Positions 63,295 through 64,000 of a stretch of DNA of 64,000 nt are shown in pieces. Each line of letters begins with the position of its first letter. The first letter of the stretch is position 1. This DNA is from Lingula anatina (Eukaryota; Animalia; Brachiopoda). A program made the position numbers and the translations under genes. A model generated the notes under the pieces. That model searched no databases. It saw nothing but the letters and a program-made list of their open reading frames with translations, and was not told where the DNA came from. The DNA lies in assembly GCA_051362555.1 (NCBI GenBank), contig CM120647.1:4774001-4838000 (forward strand), in the 5' to 3' direction.

Positions 63295-64000
63295 AGGGCC
63301 CCTTTACACTGGACGGCGTCCTTTCTGCGTTCAAAAATGTGGCCAGGACGCTCAACGGTCGCCAAAGCAATTAAATCGAGCCTCAGTGTAAAGGCGTCTG
63401 CGTCTGCGTCCCTTGTGCGTCCTTTGAACGACCGAATCTTGATTTTACCTGTAAAACTGAGAGCAACCTGCCTGCCTCCACTGTACGTCCCCTGTGCAAC
63501 CCAAGGCGTCCATTGCGATGTTTGAGCGATCATTGAAGGCTCAGTCACAATGTCGGCGATCTGTCGGGGATTAGTTTTGGCCGGGGGTCGTCGTAGAAAA
63601 TAAAGAATCCTTGGACAATCCTAGCAATAATCCTAATAAAAGTGGAGCAGTCACATTGTCTGAGATTTTTTCAAGGATTTTCAACCGGTTTTGTCGAAAA
63701 ATCGTGGGATTAGCCTCATGCAATCGGAGGCGATCGGAGACGATATCTGCGAGCGTCTTTTCTTGTAATTCCCCCCCCCCCCCTTTTCTCAAACTTTTAG
63801 CGATCCGGTCGGAGGCGCCCTTATATACACGGCGATTTACTACGATTCCACCCTATGATTCGTCGGAGACGATCTCATAAAGCGTACCAATCGTCGCAGG
63901 GCGCCTCCGATTCAGTCGGAGGGCACCGGAGACTACTCGCAGATATTGAAGCTCAACCTGATTTTCCAATCCCACACAGAATCTTACGACTAGTCTCAGA
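63295..64000. mobile_element. Left ends of nested MITEs running off the window
   Basis: The TIR of the 7200-family starts at ~63295. A second TIR-like GGCTCAGTCACAATGTCGGCGATC starts at ~63538, followed by GATCGGAG/TCGGAG repeats. Confidence 0.55.

Overview
Eukaryotic, AT-rich, microsatellite- and transposon-rich genomic DNA from an invertebrate (mollusc-like; the taxon is my inference). There is no prokaryotic operon or CRISPR array. The right third holds a ~19-exon, minus-strand HELZ2-like gene (~59985->40521). Its reconstructed architecture is TPR-like repeats + RNB (RNase II) exoribonuclease + one UPF1-like SF1 helicase. It has an in-frame TAG inside the RNB exon, one doubtful splice donor, and a perfect kB site plus IRF-type motifs upstream. 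The left two thirds are a tandem direct segmental duplication (copy A ~4365-22850, copy B ~24040-41945). Each copy carries a five-coding-exon, minus-strand gene that the ORF track misses: a ~245-aa protein with 14 conserved Cys, three furin-type sites and a diverging hydrophobic 36-40 aa C-terminal peptide. Copy A also carries a duplicate of the last two HELZ2-like exons. Comparing the copies shows clean empty/filled sites for many mobile elements (Harbinger-like MITEs, a Ginger-like, a TTAA-target element, an L2 LINE, Penelope). Minimal hammerhead ribozymes of Penelope type are present, including an inverted pair. All exon models were read by eye from splice signals and phase compatibility and need RNA-seq confirmation.
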